The notes under the pieces are model-generated. The model ran no database searches. It saw only the letters and a program-made list of their open reading frames with translations, and had not been told where the DNA came from. Shown here one piece after another: positions 46,929-57,462 of a stretch of DNA of 64,000 nucleotides. A program made the translations under genes and the position numbers. The number at the start of each line of letters is the position of its first letter. The first letter of the stretch is position 1. This stretch comes from a bacterium (GTDB lineage: Bacteria; Patescibacteriota; Minisyncoccia; Moranbacterales; UBA1568): the NCBI GenBank assembly GCA_021821305.1, contig JAKACP010000001.1, positions 641,526 to 705,525 of the forward strand, in the 5' to 3' direction.

Positions 46929-47093
46929 CAGAGCCTGTTAAAAAAGTCCGTATTCTGCTGCAATACGAGAATTTCGGCTGCAAAATCCGGATATCTCGTC
47001 GGGTTACTCTCCGGGTAGCCCTTCTCCATCTCCGGATTTTTCGCTCGGAATTCTCGTATTTCGCGACGAAAGTGACTTTCTCAACAGGCTCTC
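46929..47093. repeat. long imperfect palindromic AT-rich element (about 165 bp) in the trxA upstream region, with nested arms
   Basis: Outer arms agagcctgttaaaaaagt (46929-46947) and actttctcaacaggctct (47075-47093). Inner arms tacgagaatttcg (46964-46976) and cggaattctcgta (47047-47059). Central ccggat-containing core. Confidence 0.4.
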
Positions 47094-47277
47094 ACGGACA
47101 TCGGAACGTTTCTTGAAAAATTATATCCCAATCATACCCCATCGGTACGGGTTCGTAAAGTTCGCGCCATCCCTCGGAAGTATCCGAAAAATACCGGGTA
47201 TCAGGAAAAAGAAAGACCGCTCTCAGGCGGCCTTTCCGCCGTATGGACCTGAGACTTTACGGAGTTGACGGATGTAC

Positions 47278-49068
47278 TCAGTTCCCCGGGGCCACTTCCT
47301 TCCAGTTGAAGTCGCAGGAGCGGCTACCTGCGCAGTTGTTCGTCCCACAGCCGTTCGCGTCGTTGAAAGTCTCTCCCTGACAGACATTCGGGGCGTTGGC
47401 ACAGTCCTTGATGCAGACGTTGGGGACGGAGAAGGTGACCGAGAGATCCGTTACGGCGGAATAGGAGACATTAACGACCTCGCTGTCGCCCGAGGCGGCA
47501 GTGTGCGCCTGGACCTGGCCTTTGACTGCGGTGAGGCCGACGGCATCATCGGGGCCGTTCGTGTCGCTGAACGTCGTGTCTTCATCGTCGGTCACGTCGC
47601 CCACTGCTTGGTCGCAGATGGCGGAGACATTGCGGCACAAGCGGAGATCGCGCGTCTCGTTCGGGCCGAGCGTGATGGTGCCCCCGCTGAAATTGACGCT
47701 TCCGCTGTCGCAAGAATTGAGGCAAAGCTTGAACGATTCCGCCTTCGGAGCCGAGCAATTCGCGTCATCAGGGGTATCAGGGAGACCGTCGGGACCGCCG
47801 CAGGCCCATTGGAACGCCGCCGCCCCGACATTATAAATCGCCGGATCGGAAGAAGGCGTACCGACCGAACAGAGATCCGCCGCTCCGGACGGAGCGTTGA
47901 CGGCGGAGACACCGTTCGCGGGACCGCAGACAGCCACCACCCCGACCGTAAAGCTCTGTGTCGGACTCGTCGCCACGTTTCCCGCCCCATCGGTCGCCAC
48001 GACGTAATACTCATGCGTCGACCCGGCCGGAAACGGGCCGGTCACCACGTTGCATAAAGCCGAGTTGGTATAGAAATACGGACAGGTTTTTACGAGCACT
48101 CCGTCGAGATATATCCTGATCTGCGTGATGCCGGCAAGGGCGTCGGTCGCGGCTCCGGTGATAGTCACCTGATCGCTCACGGAGGGAGTCGGGGGTGAGT
48201 GCGTAGTGGCCGCGGTGAACGCCGGTTCGGCGGTATCGAGCAGGAAGGGGAAGTTATATCCCGATCGTTGCCCCATAAGCACGTTCGGAGTGCTGAATCC
48301 CCCTCCCAAATTGTTATTCCCGTTGAGATTCAGATAATACATCCAGGTATAGACGCCATCGGGAAGGGTCTGCGCGGGCAGAGTCTTCGTCCCGGTTCCG
48401 CCGCTCACCGGCGCACCCGTTATCGGCTTCTTGACGACAACCTCTCCGGTAAACCAGTCGAGCACGAAGAGAAGCGCCCTCTGCACTCCGGTCGCTCCGT
48501 ACGTCGAAGGGAAGTCATTCAATACGATCTCGTAGGTCGGGCTCGCATTCAGGTACACGCCCGACGGATCCGTGTGGCGATAATCGAATCCGGGCTCGCT
48601 TTTCGGGCGAAGCCATACGGTGGTCTGTATCAGTTTCCCTCTCGGCACCGTCGGGGCGTCGACCGCATTCCACACGTACCCGCCATTGAAAGAATAGTAG
48701 GCTCCGCTGTTCGGGATGCTTATTTCCATGGCATCGGTATCGGGGTCGAAACAGACCGGTCCGATGGTGGAGACGCCTGAACCGTTCGCTTGGTCGACAA
48801 GATTATCGGATGCGTCATACACCTGGAAAGACGCGCTCGGAGGGGTGGCGAGACCGCCTGTTTCGAGATTTCGGATGATGAGCTCATGCTTCACTTTGTC
48901 CGCTCCGCAGCTCACGTCGTCACCGACGATCGCGGACGCCATCGTCATCCAGCCGGACTTATCGACGGCATCGGCCGCCGTCGGAGACAGGAACAGCACG
49001 GAAAGGGAGAACAGAACGGATGCCGATATCGACCGAAGCCAATGACCGATCAAGAAATGCTTTTCCAT
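47278..49068 (-). CDS. secreted cell-surface protein with Ig-like (Big) domain and Cys-rich C-terminal domain
   Basis: Signal peptide; Gly/Thr/Asn-rich beta-sandwich-like repeats; C-terminal 12-Cys region; no catalytic motifs. Confidence 0.5.
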   Translation of the reverse strand: MEKHFLIGHWLRSISASVLFSLSVLFLSPTAADAVDKSGWMTMASAIVGDDVSCGADKVKHELIIRNLETGGLATPPSASFQVYDASDNLVDQANGSGVSTIGPVCFDPDTDAMEISIPNSGAYYSFNGGYVWNAVDAPTVPRGKLIQTTVWLRPKSEPGFDYRHTDPSGVYLNASPTYEIVLNDFPSTYGATGVQRALLFVLDWFTGEVVVKKPITGAPVSGGTGTKTLPAQTLPDGVYTWMYYLNLNGNNNLGGGFSTPNVLMGQRSGYNFPFLLDTAEPAFTAATTHSPPTPSVSDQVTITGAATDALAGITQIRIYLDGVLVKTCPYFYTNSALCNVVTGPFPAGSTHEYYVVATDGAGNVATSPTQSFTVGVVAVCGPANGVSAVNAPSGAADLCSVGTPSSDPAIYNVGAAAFQWACGGPDGLPDTPDDANCSAPKAESFKLCLNSCDSGSVNFSGGTITLGPNETRDLRLCRNVSAICDQAVGDVTDDEDTTFSDTNGPDDAVGLTAVKGQVQAHTAASGDSEVVNVSYSAVTDLSVTFSVPNVCIKDCANAPNVCQGETFNDANGCGTNNCAGSRSCDFNWKEVAPGN

Positions 49069-49096
49069 ACGATCACATTAAATATAAATAAAGCGC

Positions 49097-49570
49097 CTAT
49101 TCGGCGCCGACCTCCGAATTGACGCGAGGGAATTCCTTCTGCCCAACGACCGCAAGCGACACGGCGGAAAAATCCGTCTGTTCCGTATCCGAAAGACCCT
49201 CCACTCGGAGCGACACCTTGTCCGAAGGCGCGAGCGTGTCCATGCTCGTCGCGGTCGCACTTCCCGTCGTTCCGTCGGAGGAAGGTATCGCTATCGAGTA
49301 GATCTTCCCATCCTTGTCGCTCAGCACGCGGATATAGGAATTCTCCATGTCGACCGCGACGACGACGCCGGTAAGCTCCTCTATCGGGGCCTTTTTCGTC
49401 TCATCCTCTGCCTGGGTGATCGGCGGTTTCATCCGCTCGGAAGCGGGAAAGGGTGCGACCCGGCTCATTTCGCTCACCGCGAGGAGAAGAACGAGGATCA
49501 GGGTGAGTCCGAGCGCCACGAGCGCGTACTTGAGAAGCTTCTCCTGCCTCGACGGTCGTTCGACGAACAT
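49097..49570 (-). CDS. hypothetical membrane-anchored protein
   Basis: One N-terminal TM and a Ser/Thr-rich ectodomain. Confidence 0.4.
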   Translation of the reverse strand: MFVERPSRQEKLLKYALVALGLTLILVLLLAVSEMSRVAPFPASERMKPPITQAEDETKKAPIEELTGVVVAVDMENSYIRVLSDKDGKIYSIAIPSSDGTTGSATATSMDTLAPSDKVSLRVEGLSDTEQTDFSAVSLAVVGQKEFPRVNSEVGAE

Positions 49571-49602
49571 ATTCGTTGATTTGTGTTTATACGATTATTA
49601 TA

Positions 49603-49632
49603 CCACATTTCGTAAAAAAAATGAACCCTTGT
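49603..49632 (-). terminator. Rho-independent terminator after lepA (bidirectional)
   Basis: gaaccctt-gtca-agggctc stem flanked by an A8 run (49603-49610) and tttcttg. Confidence 0.6.
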
Positions 49633-49639
49633 CAAGGGC

Positions 49640-51451
49640 TCATTTCTTGAGTATCGCGAGGAACGCCTCCGACGGTATCGAGACCCGGCCGCGACCGAGC
49701 GATTCCATCTTCTTTTTGCCCTTCTTCTGCTTTTCGAGCAGTTTTTTCTTGCGGGAAAAGTCCCCGCCGTAGAGCTTGCCCGTGACATCCTTGCGATACG
49801 CCGCGATCGTCTCGCGCGCGATGACCTTGCCGCCGATCGCCGCCTGGATCGCCACGGCGAAGTTCTGCCGCGGGATCACGTCCTTGAGCTTTTCCACGGT
49901 CCGCTTGCCCTCGTCATAGGCGCGGTCCTTGGGCACCATGCGGGAAAACGCATCGACGCGGTCGTTGGCGACGAGGATATCGAGCTTCACCACGTCGCTC
50001 GGCCGATACCCGATCGGCTCGTAGTTCATGGATGCGTAGCCCGACGAAGCGCTCTTGAGCTCGTCATGAAAATTGACGATGACTTCCATCAAGGGCGCCT
50101 CGAAGGAAAGCAGTACCCGATCCGCGTCCAGATATTCCGTATTCTTGTATTCCGCCCGTATCGACTGCGCGAGATTCATGATGCCACCGAGAAATTCGCC
50201 CGGCGCCACGATCGAAAGATCGACATAGGGTTCATAGATGCGCTCGATGCCGGCGGGATCCGGCATATCCACCGGCGAGTAGAGCGCGATGCGCTCGGAT
50301 GTGTCGCGCATCTCGAGCTCGTAGACGACCGACGGCGTCGTGATCGTCGGCTCCATGCCGAACTCACGCCGCAGACGCTCCTGGATGATCTCCATGTGGA
50401 GCAGTCCGAGGAATCCGCACCGGAACCCGCGGCCGAGCGCCTGGTTGGATTCCGGCTCGAAGGCGAACGCCGCATCGTTGAGCTTGAGCTTCTCGAGCGC
50501 GTCGCGCATGAGGCCGTACTCGTCGCCGTCGACCGGATAGAGGCTCGCGTAGACGACCGGCTTGATCTCCTTGTATCCGGGCAGCGGTAGGGCGGTCACC
50601 GTCTCGCGTTCGCGCGGCCGGAGCGTGATCGTATCGCCCACGCGGCAATACGAGACGTCCTTGAGCCCCGTGGCGATATATCCGATATCGCCCGCGGACA
50701 GCGCCGGACAGGCGACGAGCTTGGGCGAGAACGTCCCGACTTCGATCGCAAGGCTTTCCTGGCCCGTGCCGATCATCCGGATCGCCGTATCCCGGGATAC
50801 CGTGCCGTCCACCACCCGCGCGTACGCGACGACTCCCTTGTAGGTATCGTAGACCGAATCGAAGATGAGCGCGCGGAGCGGCTTATCGGGATCGCCTTTC
50901 GGCGCCGGCACCCGCTCGATCACCCGTTCGAGGACGTCCTTGACGCCGAGACCCGTTTTTCCCGATGCCTCGAGGATATCGCTCTCCTTGCAGCCGAGGA
51001 TGTGCACGATCTCCTTTTTCGTCTTCTCGACCTCGGCGTTCGGAAGGTCGATCTTGTTCACGACCGGGACGACCTCGAGCCCCTGGTCGATCGCGAGATA
51101 GAGGTTGGCGAGCGTCTGCGCCTGCACGCCCTTGGTCGCGTCGACGAGCAGGATCGCTCCTTCGACCGCGGCGAGCGATCGGGAGACCTCGTAGTGGAAG
51201 TCCACGTGTCCCGGCGTATCGATCAGGTTGAGCTCATAGTCCGTCCCGGCATAGGGATAGAGCATCTTCACCGGCTGCAGCTTGATCGTGATACCGCGCT
51301 CCCGCTCGAGGTCCATCTGATCGAGGAGCTGTTCCTTCATTTTCCGGCCCTCGACGGTATGCGTGAGCTCGATCAACCGGTCGGCCAGGGTCGATTTCCC
51401 GTGGTCGATATGCGCTATTATACAAAAATTTCTTATATTGGATTGATTCAT
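49640..51451 (-). CDS. lepA: translation elongation factor 4
   Basis: AHIDHGKST G1 motif, DTPGHVDF, NKID, and the LepA-specific C-terminal domain; 603 aa. Confidence 0.95.
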   Translation of the reverse strand: MNQSNIRNFCIIAHIDHGKSTLADRLIELTHTVEGRKMKEQLLDQMDLERERGITIKLQPVKMLYPYAGTDYELNLIDTPGHVDFHYEVSRSLAAVEGAILLVDATKGVQAQTLANLYLAIDQGLEVVPVVNKIDLPNAEVEKTKKEIVHILGCKESDILEASGKTGLGVKDVLERVIERVPAPKGDPDKPLRALIFDSVYDTYKGVVAYARVVDGTVSRDTAIRMIGTGQESLAIEVGTFSPKLVACPALSAGDIGYIATGLKDVSYCRVGDTITLRPRERETVTALPLPGYKEIKPVVYASLYPVDGDEYGLMRDALEKLKLNDAAFAFEPESNQALGRGFRCGFLGLLHMEIIQERLRREFGMEPTITTPSVVYELEMRDTSERIALYSPVDMPDPAGIERIYEPYVDLSIVAPGEFLGGIMNLAQSIRAEYKNTEYLDADRVLLSFEAPLMEVIVNFHDELKSASSGYASMNYEPIGYRPSDVVKLDILVANDRVDAFSRMVPKDRAYDEGKRTVEKLKDVIPRQNFAVAIQAAIGGKVIARETIAAYRKDVTGKLYGGDFSRKKKLLEKQKKGKKKMESLGRGRVSIPSEAFLAILKK

Positions 51452-51689
51452 GTTTCCGTGATATGGGCGACCTGCCCCGTGAAATCGCCAAAGCGATATT
51501 TTACGGGGTGATGCAGAAATTTCGGATATTGGCTTGATTCATAAGTATTTCAAGACTTTTCCAAGCCTAGCGCAAAAGATGAAAAAGCGGAAGCATCTAC
51601 GCATCCGTTCCTGTTTTGGAATTTGAAGTTTCGGATTTGTGATTTGTTTGGCTTTTGTGATTTGAAATTTGTCATTTCCGCGAAGCGGC

Positions 51690-53351
51690 TTACCATTCCC
51701 CTTTCTCCGGATGACCCTCGACGCTCGAGGCGACTTCCGGCTGTCGGAGCACCTTCCCGAGCACCCATCGCTTGAGCGATCGGAATTCCTCGATACGGAG
51801 CCACCAGCTCGCGATGAGGAAGGCCGCGAGACCGACCGAAACGCCGAAGAGGAGCTGGAGGAACACCTCCGCGAACGTGTCGAGCGGCGACGGTGCGAGG
51901 ATGAAGACCGATTTGGAAAGCTGGGCGATCGCCCCGGCGAATACCGTGGCGAGCACGATCCGCATGCTTCCGGAAAAAAGATCGGCGTCGTTCCATCCCG
52001 ATACCCGCTTGCGCAGGAAAAAGAGAAGGAGTGCGAAGTTGACGATGCTCCCCGCGGAAAAAGCCATCGCGAGCGCGTCGACGTCGAAGTAGGGAAGGAG
52101 GAGCGGCATGAGCGCGATGTGGACGGCCTCGGCCGCGAGCGCGATATAGAGAGGCGTCTTCGTATCCTGGATCGCGTAGAATCCGCGGGCGAAGAGCGGG
52201 ATGAGCCCCTGTGCGAAGAGACTCACCGACAGCCAGGCGAGAACGCCGAAGGTCGCGATGGTGTCCTCCCAGTCGAACTGCCCGGACCCGAGAATGACGC
52301 GGACGAACTGCGCGCGGAAGATGATGAGCAGCATCGATATCGGCACGACGAAGAAGAGGATCCTCCGCGCCGTGGCGGCCAAGGTCGAGAAAAAATCCCG
52401 ATCGTCCTTCTTGGAAGCGGCGAGCGAGAGCATCGGGAACGCGGCGAGCGAAAACGCGACCGCGAAGAGTCCGATCGGAATGCTCTGGATATTGGAAGCG
52501 AGCGTGAAGACCGCGAGACTTCCGGAAGCGAGCGAGGACGCGAATACCGTGGTGAGAAGGAGTCCGATCTGATTCGCCGCCATCCCGAGCGAACGCGGTA
52601 TCATAAGCATCGTCACGCGACGGACCATGGGGTCGAACGAGAGCTTTCGGCGGAACGCACTGAGCGGGAAGCCCGAGGAGCGGACCGCGGGGATCTGCAC
52701 GAGCATGTGGAGGAACGCACCCGCGACGACCCCCCATGCCAGTCCGGAGACGCCCATTTCCGGAACGAGAAAGATCACTCCGGCGATGATGCCGAGATTG
52801 TAGAATATCGGCGCGAACGAGTACGCGACGAACCGGCGGAACGAGACCAATACCCCTCCGAACACCGCGCTTATGCCGAGCAGTATGGGAGAGAGGAGCA
52901 TGATGCGAGTCAGCTCCGCTACTGCCGCCTGTTTGTCCGGGGAAAAGCCCGGCACGAGCACCGTGACAAGCCATGGCGCGACGGCGAACACCATGACCGA
53001 CAACGCGCCGAGGAGTATGATCATCCACTCGAGCATCCCGGTCGCGAGCTTCCATGCCTCTTTCTCCTTCCCTCGGGCGACAAGATCGGTGAAGACCGGG
53101 ACGAAAGCCGCCGAGAGCGCTCCCATGACGAGAAGATTGTAGAGGAGGTCGGGAATCCGGAAAGCCGCATAGTAGGCGTCGAGGACGTCGCCCGCGCCGA
53201 ATTGCGACGCGAGGAGCCGGTCGCGCAGGAACCCGAGGATCCGGCTCACGACGCCGGCGGCCGCGATGATGAACGCGGCGGCCGCGATCGTCTTGGCCGG
53301 CGCATTCGTCCATCCGTGAAGGGACCGCATGAGTTTCTTGAGGAGTGCCAT
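51690..53351 (-). CDS. murJ: lipid II flippase MurJ
   Basis: MviN/MurJ N-terminus VSRILGFLRDRLLASQFGAGDVLDAYYAAFRIPDLLYNLL; 14 TM helices. Confidence 0.85.
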   Translation of the reverse strand: MALLKKLMRSLHGWTNAPAKTIAAAAFIIAAAGVVSRILGFLRDRLLASQFGAGDVLDAYYAAFRIPDLLYNLLVMGALSAAFVPVFTDLVARGKEKEAWKLATGMLEWMIILLGALSVMVFAVAPWLVTVLVPGFSPDKQAAVAELTRIMLLSPILLGISAVFGGVLVSFRRFVAYSFAPIFYNLGIIAGVIFLVPEMGVSGLAWGVVAGAFLHMLVQIPAVRSSGFPLSAFRRKLSFDPMVRRVTMLMIPRSLGMAANQIGLLLTTVFASSLASGSLAVFTLASNIQSIPIGLFAVAFSLAAFPMLSLAASKKDDRDFFSTLAATARRILFFVVPISMLLIIFRAQFVRVILGSGQFDWEDTIATFGVLAWLSVSLFAQGLIPLFARGFYAIQDTKTPLYIALAAEAVHIALMPLLLPYFDVDALAMAFSAGSIVNFALLLFFLRKRVSGWNDADLFSGSMRIVLATVFAGAIAQLSKSVFILAPSPLDTFAEVFLQLLFGVSVGLAAFLIASWWLRIEEFRSLKRWVLGKVLRQPEVASSVEGHPEKGEW

Positions 53352-53373
53352 AAAGGTATCGGTATGAATCTGC

Positions 53374-55614
53374 CTATCGTCCGGTGAATACCGTCCCGAA
53401 AAAGACGTCGGTCGTCAGCCGTTTTTCGAACGAACGCTCGGTCTCGCCGGAAACCGCGTCGCCCGAGTCCCAGATGGGCGTGTAACTTTCCGGAAACGAG
53501 AGGGTGTGGCGGAGTCCGCTCCCGACGCTCCCGGATTGCTTCTGGAAGAGGAGCGAATAGGAAGCCGGCTCATCTTCGCGCGGATCCACGACGAACGGCA
53601 GGCGATAGACATACTCGACCGTGACGCTCTCGCCGGGACTCACGTAGACCCAGTTGCCGAACACCGTTTTCCCCGACTCGACGGAAATCCTCGTGCCGGT
53701 CTCATGTATCGTCGTCTCCCGTTCCTCGCGCTCGACATCCGGGTCGGGCCGGAACCCGAGCGCGTCATAATCGATCGGCGCTTTCGGGAATTCGTACGTA
53801 TGGCCCTTCGCGGACAGGAGCTCGGACCCTTCGGGCACGTAGACCCGCATATAATCCGAATTCACCTTGTTCCACCATTCATATGGCGTGTTTCCTCCCC
53901 TATGCTTCCGCGTAATCCGTATCGTGTCAAGCACCGATCCGTCCGCCTGTATGGCGGCCTTGTGTTCGATCGACTCGTCGATGACGCCGTCCGTCTTGTA
54001 ACCGTTGAGATTCGTATGCACGACGCTCGCGTAATCCCCCGACGTCCCGAGCAACCGTCCCGACCAGCCCGCCTTGTCGATCAGTCGCTCGACCTCGGCG
54101 TTCCTCGAATAGAGCAATATCTGGCGTTCGGACAATCCCTTCGACAGGCCGCCCACGATAGCGAGCACCGAGTCGGCGCTCTTCGTCTGGAACAGCCGCT
54201 CCAGGAGAAGCGGAGCCAGGTCCGAGAGGATTTTTTTCGGCTGATTGAGTTCCTTGTCATACTTCACCTCGACCTCTTCCTGGACGGCTTCCATGAAATT
54301 GTCCGCATCGATCGACACCCCGTACTCCGGAAGCTCGATGGGTCCGGTGAGCCGGAGGAGATCCTCGATGACCGAAGGCGTGAGCGTCACGACGCCATCG
54401 ACCGTCGGCCCGCCGGTCTTCTCGTAGAAAACGATCGCCTTTTCCGCCGAGGTCGGGAAATCCGGCCACCAGTTCGAATCATGCAGGCTCCACCCCGCGC
54501 TCACCTTCCGTATCGGTGCTGGCGGGATGATATCCTCCTTGAACTGTCCGTCGGGATTGAAGATGCCGTCGATGAAGAATTTCCGGACATGTCCGTGCGT
54601 CACTTCGAGGAGCCCGTAGCTCCCGATGAACCCGCCGGTCGGCCGGAGCTCGTGATTGTTCTGGAAGAGGAAGAGGTAGAGCCGCGGGCCGTTTTCCCCG
54701 AGCAGATCGCGGACCAGCCGTCCGTTTTCCCCGAACCCGGCGACCGCCGTCCGGACCGTCGGGAGATTGCTCCGCAGGAGCGCGAACGCTTCGCGCTTGT
54801 CCTCGGGGATGTCCGCCTCGTCGACGCGCGAAAAACTCTCCTCCGCGAGCGCAAGCTCTCGTGAGGCCGTCTTGGCGAATTCCTCGGCATCCGTCGCGAG
54901 CGAGAGAAACGACGTATCCGCCCCGGCAAGACCCGCCCCGGTCGCCCCCGGCTCGGGAAGCAACGCGAGCATCCCGCTCATCGCCTCGCCGGCCGCGGCG
55001 AGGTGCCGCGCTCCCTCGAGCGCGCCCTGTCCCGATGAGATCTTGGAAAGGCCGGGAAGGAATCTCGACGCCTTGGCGAGCTCGTTGCCGATGAACCCGA
55101 TCGCATCGGTCGCGTTCGCGAAGGATCGGTGCGCCGCCGAAAAATCGGCCGCGGAATCGGCGAACCGTGCGGACGAGAGATGCTCCACCGCCCGCATCGC
55201 CGCGGCGAGCCCGTCGGAGCTCTCGCCGAGCACCTCGCCGCGTATGGAGGATATCCGCTCCGCGCCGAGCACTCCCAGTCCGAGAAACAGCATGAGTATC
55301 GATGCGAACATGAGCGGACGGACATGCCTGATTCCTTCCGCAGGAGCCGGGGAAACGTGCGGCGGCGGCGGAGCGGCATGCTCCGTCAATCCGTCCCCCG
55401 CCAGAATGACATTCATGTCGGGCTGGCGCTCGGCGCGGGCGAGAAACTCATCGAGAGACAGGATCGGCTCCGCCCCGGTAGTGAACGGACGCGGCGAAAA
55501 GGCGGGAGCCGAAGCCGACTCCCCCCGGGCAGGAACGATCGGTCCGGGTGTCCGTCTCCGGACATCGGACATCCGCGGCGGATCAGCGGCTTTCGTTTTC
55601 GGAAAAGAATCCAT
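53374..55614 (-). CDS. large extracytoplasmic protein, DUF4012-like (RPTGGFIGSYG motif), associated with the cell-envelope polysaccharide locus
   Basis: N-terminal Pro-rich region, single TM, helical region, then a HELRPTGGFIGSYG block that I recall as DUF4012. The family assignment is from memory. Confidence 0.5.
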   Translation of the reverse strand: MDSFPKTKAADPPRMSDVRRRTPGPIVPARGESASAPAFSPRPFTTGAEPILSLDEFLARAERQPDMNVILAGDGLTEHAAPPPPHVSPAPAEGIRHVRPLMFASILMLFLGLGVLGAERISSIRGEVLGESSDGLAAAMRAVEHLSSARFADSAADFSAAHRSFANATDAIGFIGNELAKASRFLPGLSKISSGQGALEGARHLAAAGEAMSGMLALLPEPGATGAGLAGADTSFLSLATDAEEFAKTASRELALAEESFSRVDEADIPEDKREAFALLRSNLPTVRTAVAGFGENGRLVRDLLGENGPRLYLFLFQNNHELRPTGGFIGSYGLLEVTHGHVRKFFIDGIFNPDGQFKEDIIPPAPIRKVSAGWSLHDSNWWPDFPTSAEKAIVFYEKTGGPTVDGVVTLTPSVIEDLLRLTGPIELPEYGVSIDADNFMEAVQEEVEVKYDKELNQPKKILSDLAPLLLERLFQTKSADSVLAIVGGLSKGLSERQILLYSRNAEVERLIDKAGWSGRLLGTSGDYASVVHTNLNGYKTDGVIDESIEHKAAIQADGSVLDTIRITRKHRGGNTPYEWWNKVNSDYMRVYVPEGSELLSAKGHTYEFPKAPIDYDALGFRPDPDVEREERETTIHETGTRISVESGKTVFGNWVYVSPGESVTVEYVYRLPFVVDPREDEPASYSLLFQKQSGSVGSGLRHTLSFPESYTPIWDSGDAVSGETERSFEKRLTTDVFFGTVFTGR

Positions 55615-55623
55615 GATGATTCG

Positions 55624-56733
55624 CTAGTGGTGATACGCGGCGAGCGACGCCTTCGCCATATCTTCCCATCGGAATTTCGCGGCCTGAAGGCGTCCTTTCC
55701 GCGACAGGGTTTCCCGCAGCTCGGAATCGGAGAGAACCGCTTCGATCCGATCCGCGAACTCGTCCGGATTCTCCGGATCGGCATAGAGCGCGGCATCGTC
55801 GAGCACTTCCGGAAGCGATCCTCGGGACGAGGCGATGACCGGTGTCCCGAAACGCATCGCCTCGAGCGGAGGCAGTCCGAATCCCTCGTAGAGCGACGGG
55901 AACACGTATCCGACGGCGCCGCGATAGAGCGACGCGAGCTCGGGATCCGTCCGGTATCCGGCGAACACGATGTTCCGCACTCCCGAGTCCGTGACCGCGC
56001 GCGCGAGCCGCCGGTAGAAGAAATCCTCCTTCCCGACGAGCACGAAACGGATATCCGGAAACCGCCGCGCGAGAGCTACGAATATCTCGAGATTCTTATG
56101 CGGATACGCGTTTCCGACGTAGAGGAAGTACGGTGACAGTATATCACGGCTCGCGACTTCGGCGGCGCCTTCTTGCCTGCCGGATGATCCGTCACCGATC
56201 TCGCATCCCTCGTATGCGACGAGCACCTTGCCCTCGGCCGACGGATACTCGCGCACTATGTCCTTCTCCGTGAAATGCGATACCGTGATGATGGCACGCG
56301 CGCGACGCACCGCGGACGCTATCGTGAGCCGATAGGCGAGAAACTTCAGCCGATAGAGAAGCGGGGTCCGGGTCGTGTTCCGGACGGTCGGGTATCGGAG
56401 GAGGATGAGGTCGTGTATCGTCACCACGAACGGCCTCCGATAGAGGAGCGGCACGTTGAAGTGCGGGAAATGGACGAGATCGAGCCGATACCGGCGGAGG
56501 AGGAAGGGAAACAGGATCTGCTCGCCCCAGCCGTACCACGGATGATCCGCGAGCACCTTGCGGAACGATTCCGACTTCGGCACATACTCGTCGAAGTTCT
56601 CTTTTCGGAGAAAGATGAAGAACTCGTCTCCGGGCGGAGCGATCGTTTCGAGATGTTCGATGAGTTTTTCCGTATAGCGCCCCAGACCCTTGCCGACGGA
56701 TCCGTAGAAGCGCGCGTCGATACCGATCCTCAT
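55624..56733 (-). CDS. glycosyltransferase family 4 (GT-B, RfaG-like)
   Basis: [21 protein letters not shown]-x7-E motif region; Rossmann-like N-terminal domain. Confidence 0.8.
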   Translation of the reverse strand: MRIGIDARFYGSVGKGLGRYTEKLIEHLETIAPPGDEFFIFLRKENFDEYVPKSESFRKVLADHPWYGWGEQILFPFLLRRYRLDLVHFPHFNVPLLYRRPFVVTIHDLILLRYPTVRNTTRTPLLYRLKFLAYRLTIASAVRRARAIITVSHFTEKDIVREYPSAEGKVLVAYEGCEIGDGSSGRQEGAAEVASRDILSPYFLYVGNAYPHKNLEIFVALARRFPDIRFVLVGKEDFFYRRLARAVTDSGVRNIVFAGYRTDPELASLYRGAVGYVFPSLYEGFGLPPLEAMRFGTPVIASSRGSLPEVLDDAALYADPENPDEFADRIEAVLSDSELRETLSRKGRLQAAKFRWEDMAKASLAAYHH

Positions 56734-57452
56734 GACGCTTTTTTCCCTATATGGTCCTTCCGCGGCGCCGGCGGCGAGAAGTGTTCCTTCTCGAGGAAGA
56801 AGAGGAGAAGCCCCTCCGTCGCGAACGCCTCGAACATCTCGCGATCCTCATGCCGGTTGACCGCCTTCGGGAACACGAGGTATGACGAATAGGGGCCGAT
56901 CGATTTCGGCGAGCGCGCGATCACGTAGCCGCCCTCCTCGCGGAACACCTGCTCCGAGGCGAGGAGCGTCTCGATCGGCATCGAAAAACATCCTTCGTCC
57001 TTCCCTTCGCGGATCTCCTTCTCCAACTTTTTCCGCCCGCGATCGATGATGCGCAGGGAGAACGAATCCGACTTGGAGAAGAGGAGGATGGCCTTCGCGA
57101 GCGACTGGTAGACGTTCTTCTTCTCCCCCTTCCGGAACAGCACGGCCGCATCGGGCAGATCGAGCACGAGGCTCATCATGAGGTCCATCTTCCGGTTCAC
57201 CTCCCCGATATACGAATATGAATCCGAGAGATCCCGCGTGATGTCGTGCCGCTCCCGCTGCAGCTGGAGCTTCTCGGAGAGATGACGGACAACCGCACGA
57301 TCCTTGGCGAAATAGATGAAATATCCGATGGCGCCGAAGAGGAAGATGACTATGGCCTCGACCGATTCTTCCGGAATATCGGAAAATTTCCCGCGGACCA
57401 GTTCCGGGGTGATCACCGCGAACCCGAACAGTATGAGGTATATCCAGTGCAT
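56730..57452 (-). CDS. hypothetical membrane protein; 4-nt overlap with the GT4 gene
   Basis: Two N-terminal TM helices and a cytoplasmic domain; no family. Confidence 0.45.
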   Translation of the reverse strand: MHWIYLILFGFAVITPELVRGKFSDIPEESVEAIVIFLFGAIGYFIYFAKDRAVVRHLSEKLQLQRERHDITRDLSDSYSYIGEVNRKMDLMMSLVLDLPDAAVLFRKGEKKNVYQSLAKAILLFSKSDSFSLRIIDRGRKKLEKEIREGKDEGCFSMPIETLLASEQVFREEGGYVIARSPKSIGPYSSYLVFPKAVNRHEDREMFEAFATEGLLLFFLEKEHFSPPAPRKDHIGKKAS

Positions 57453-57462
57453 AGTCCGTCCG

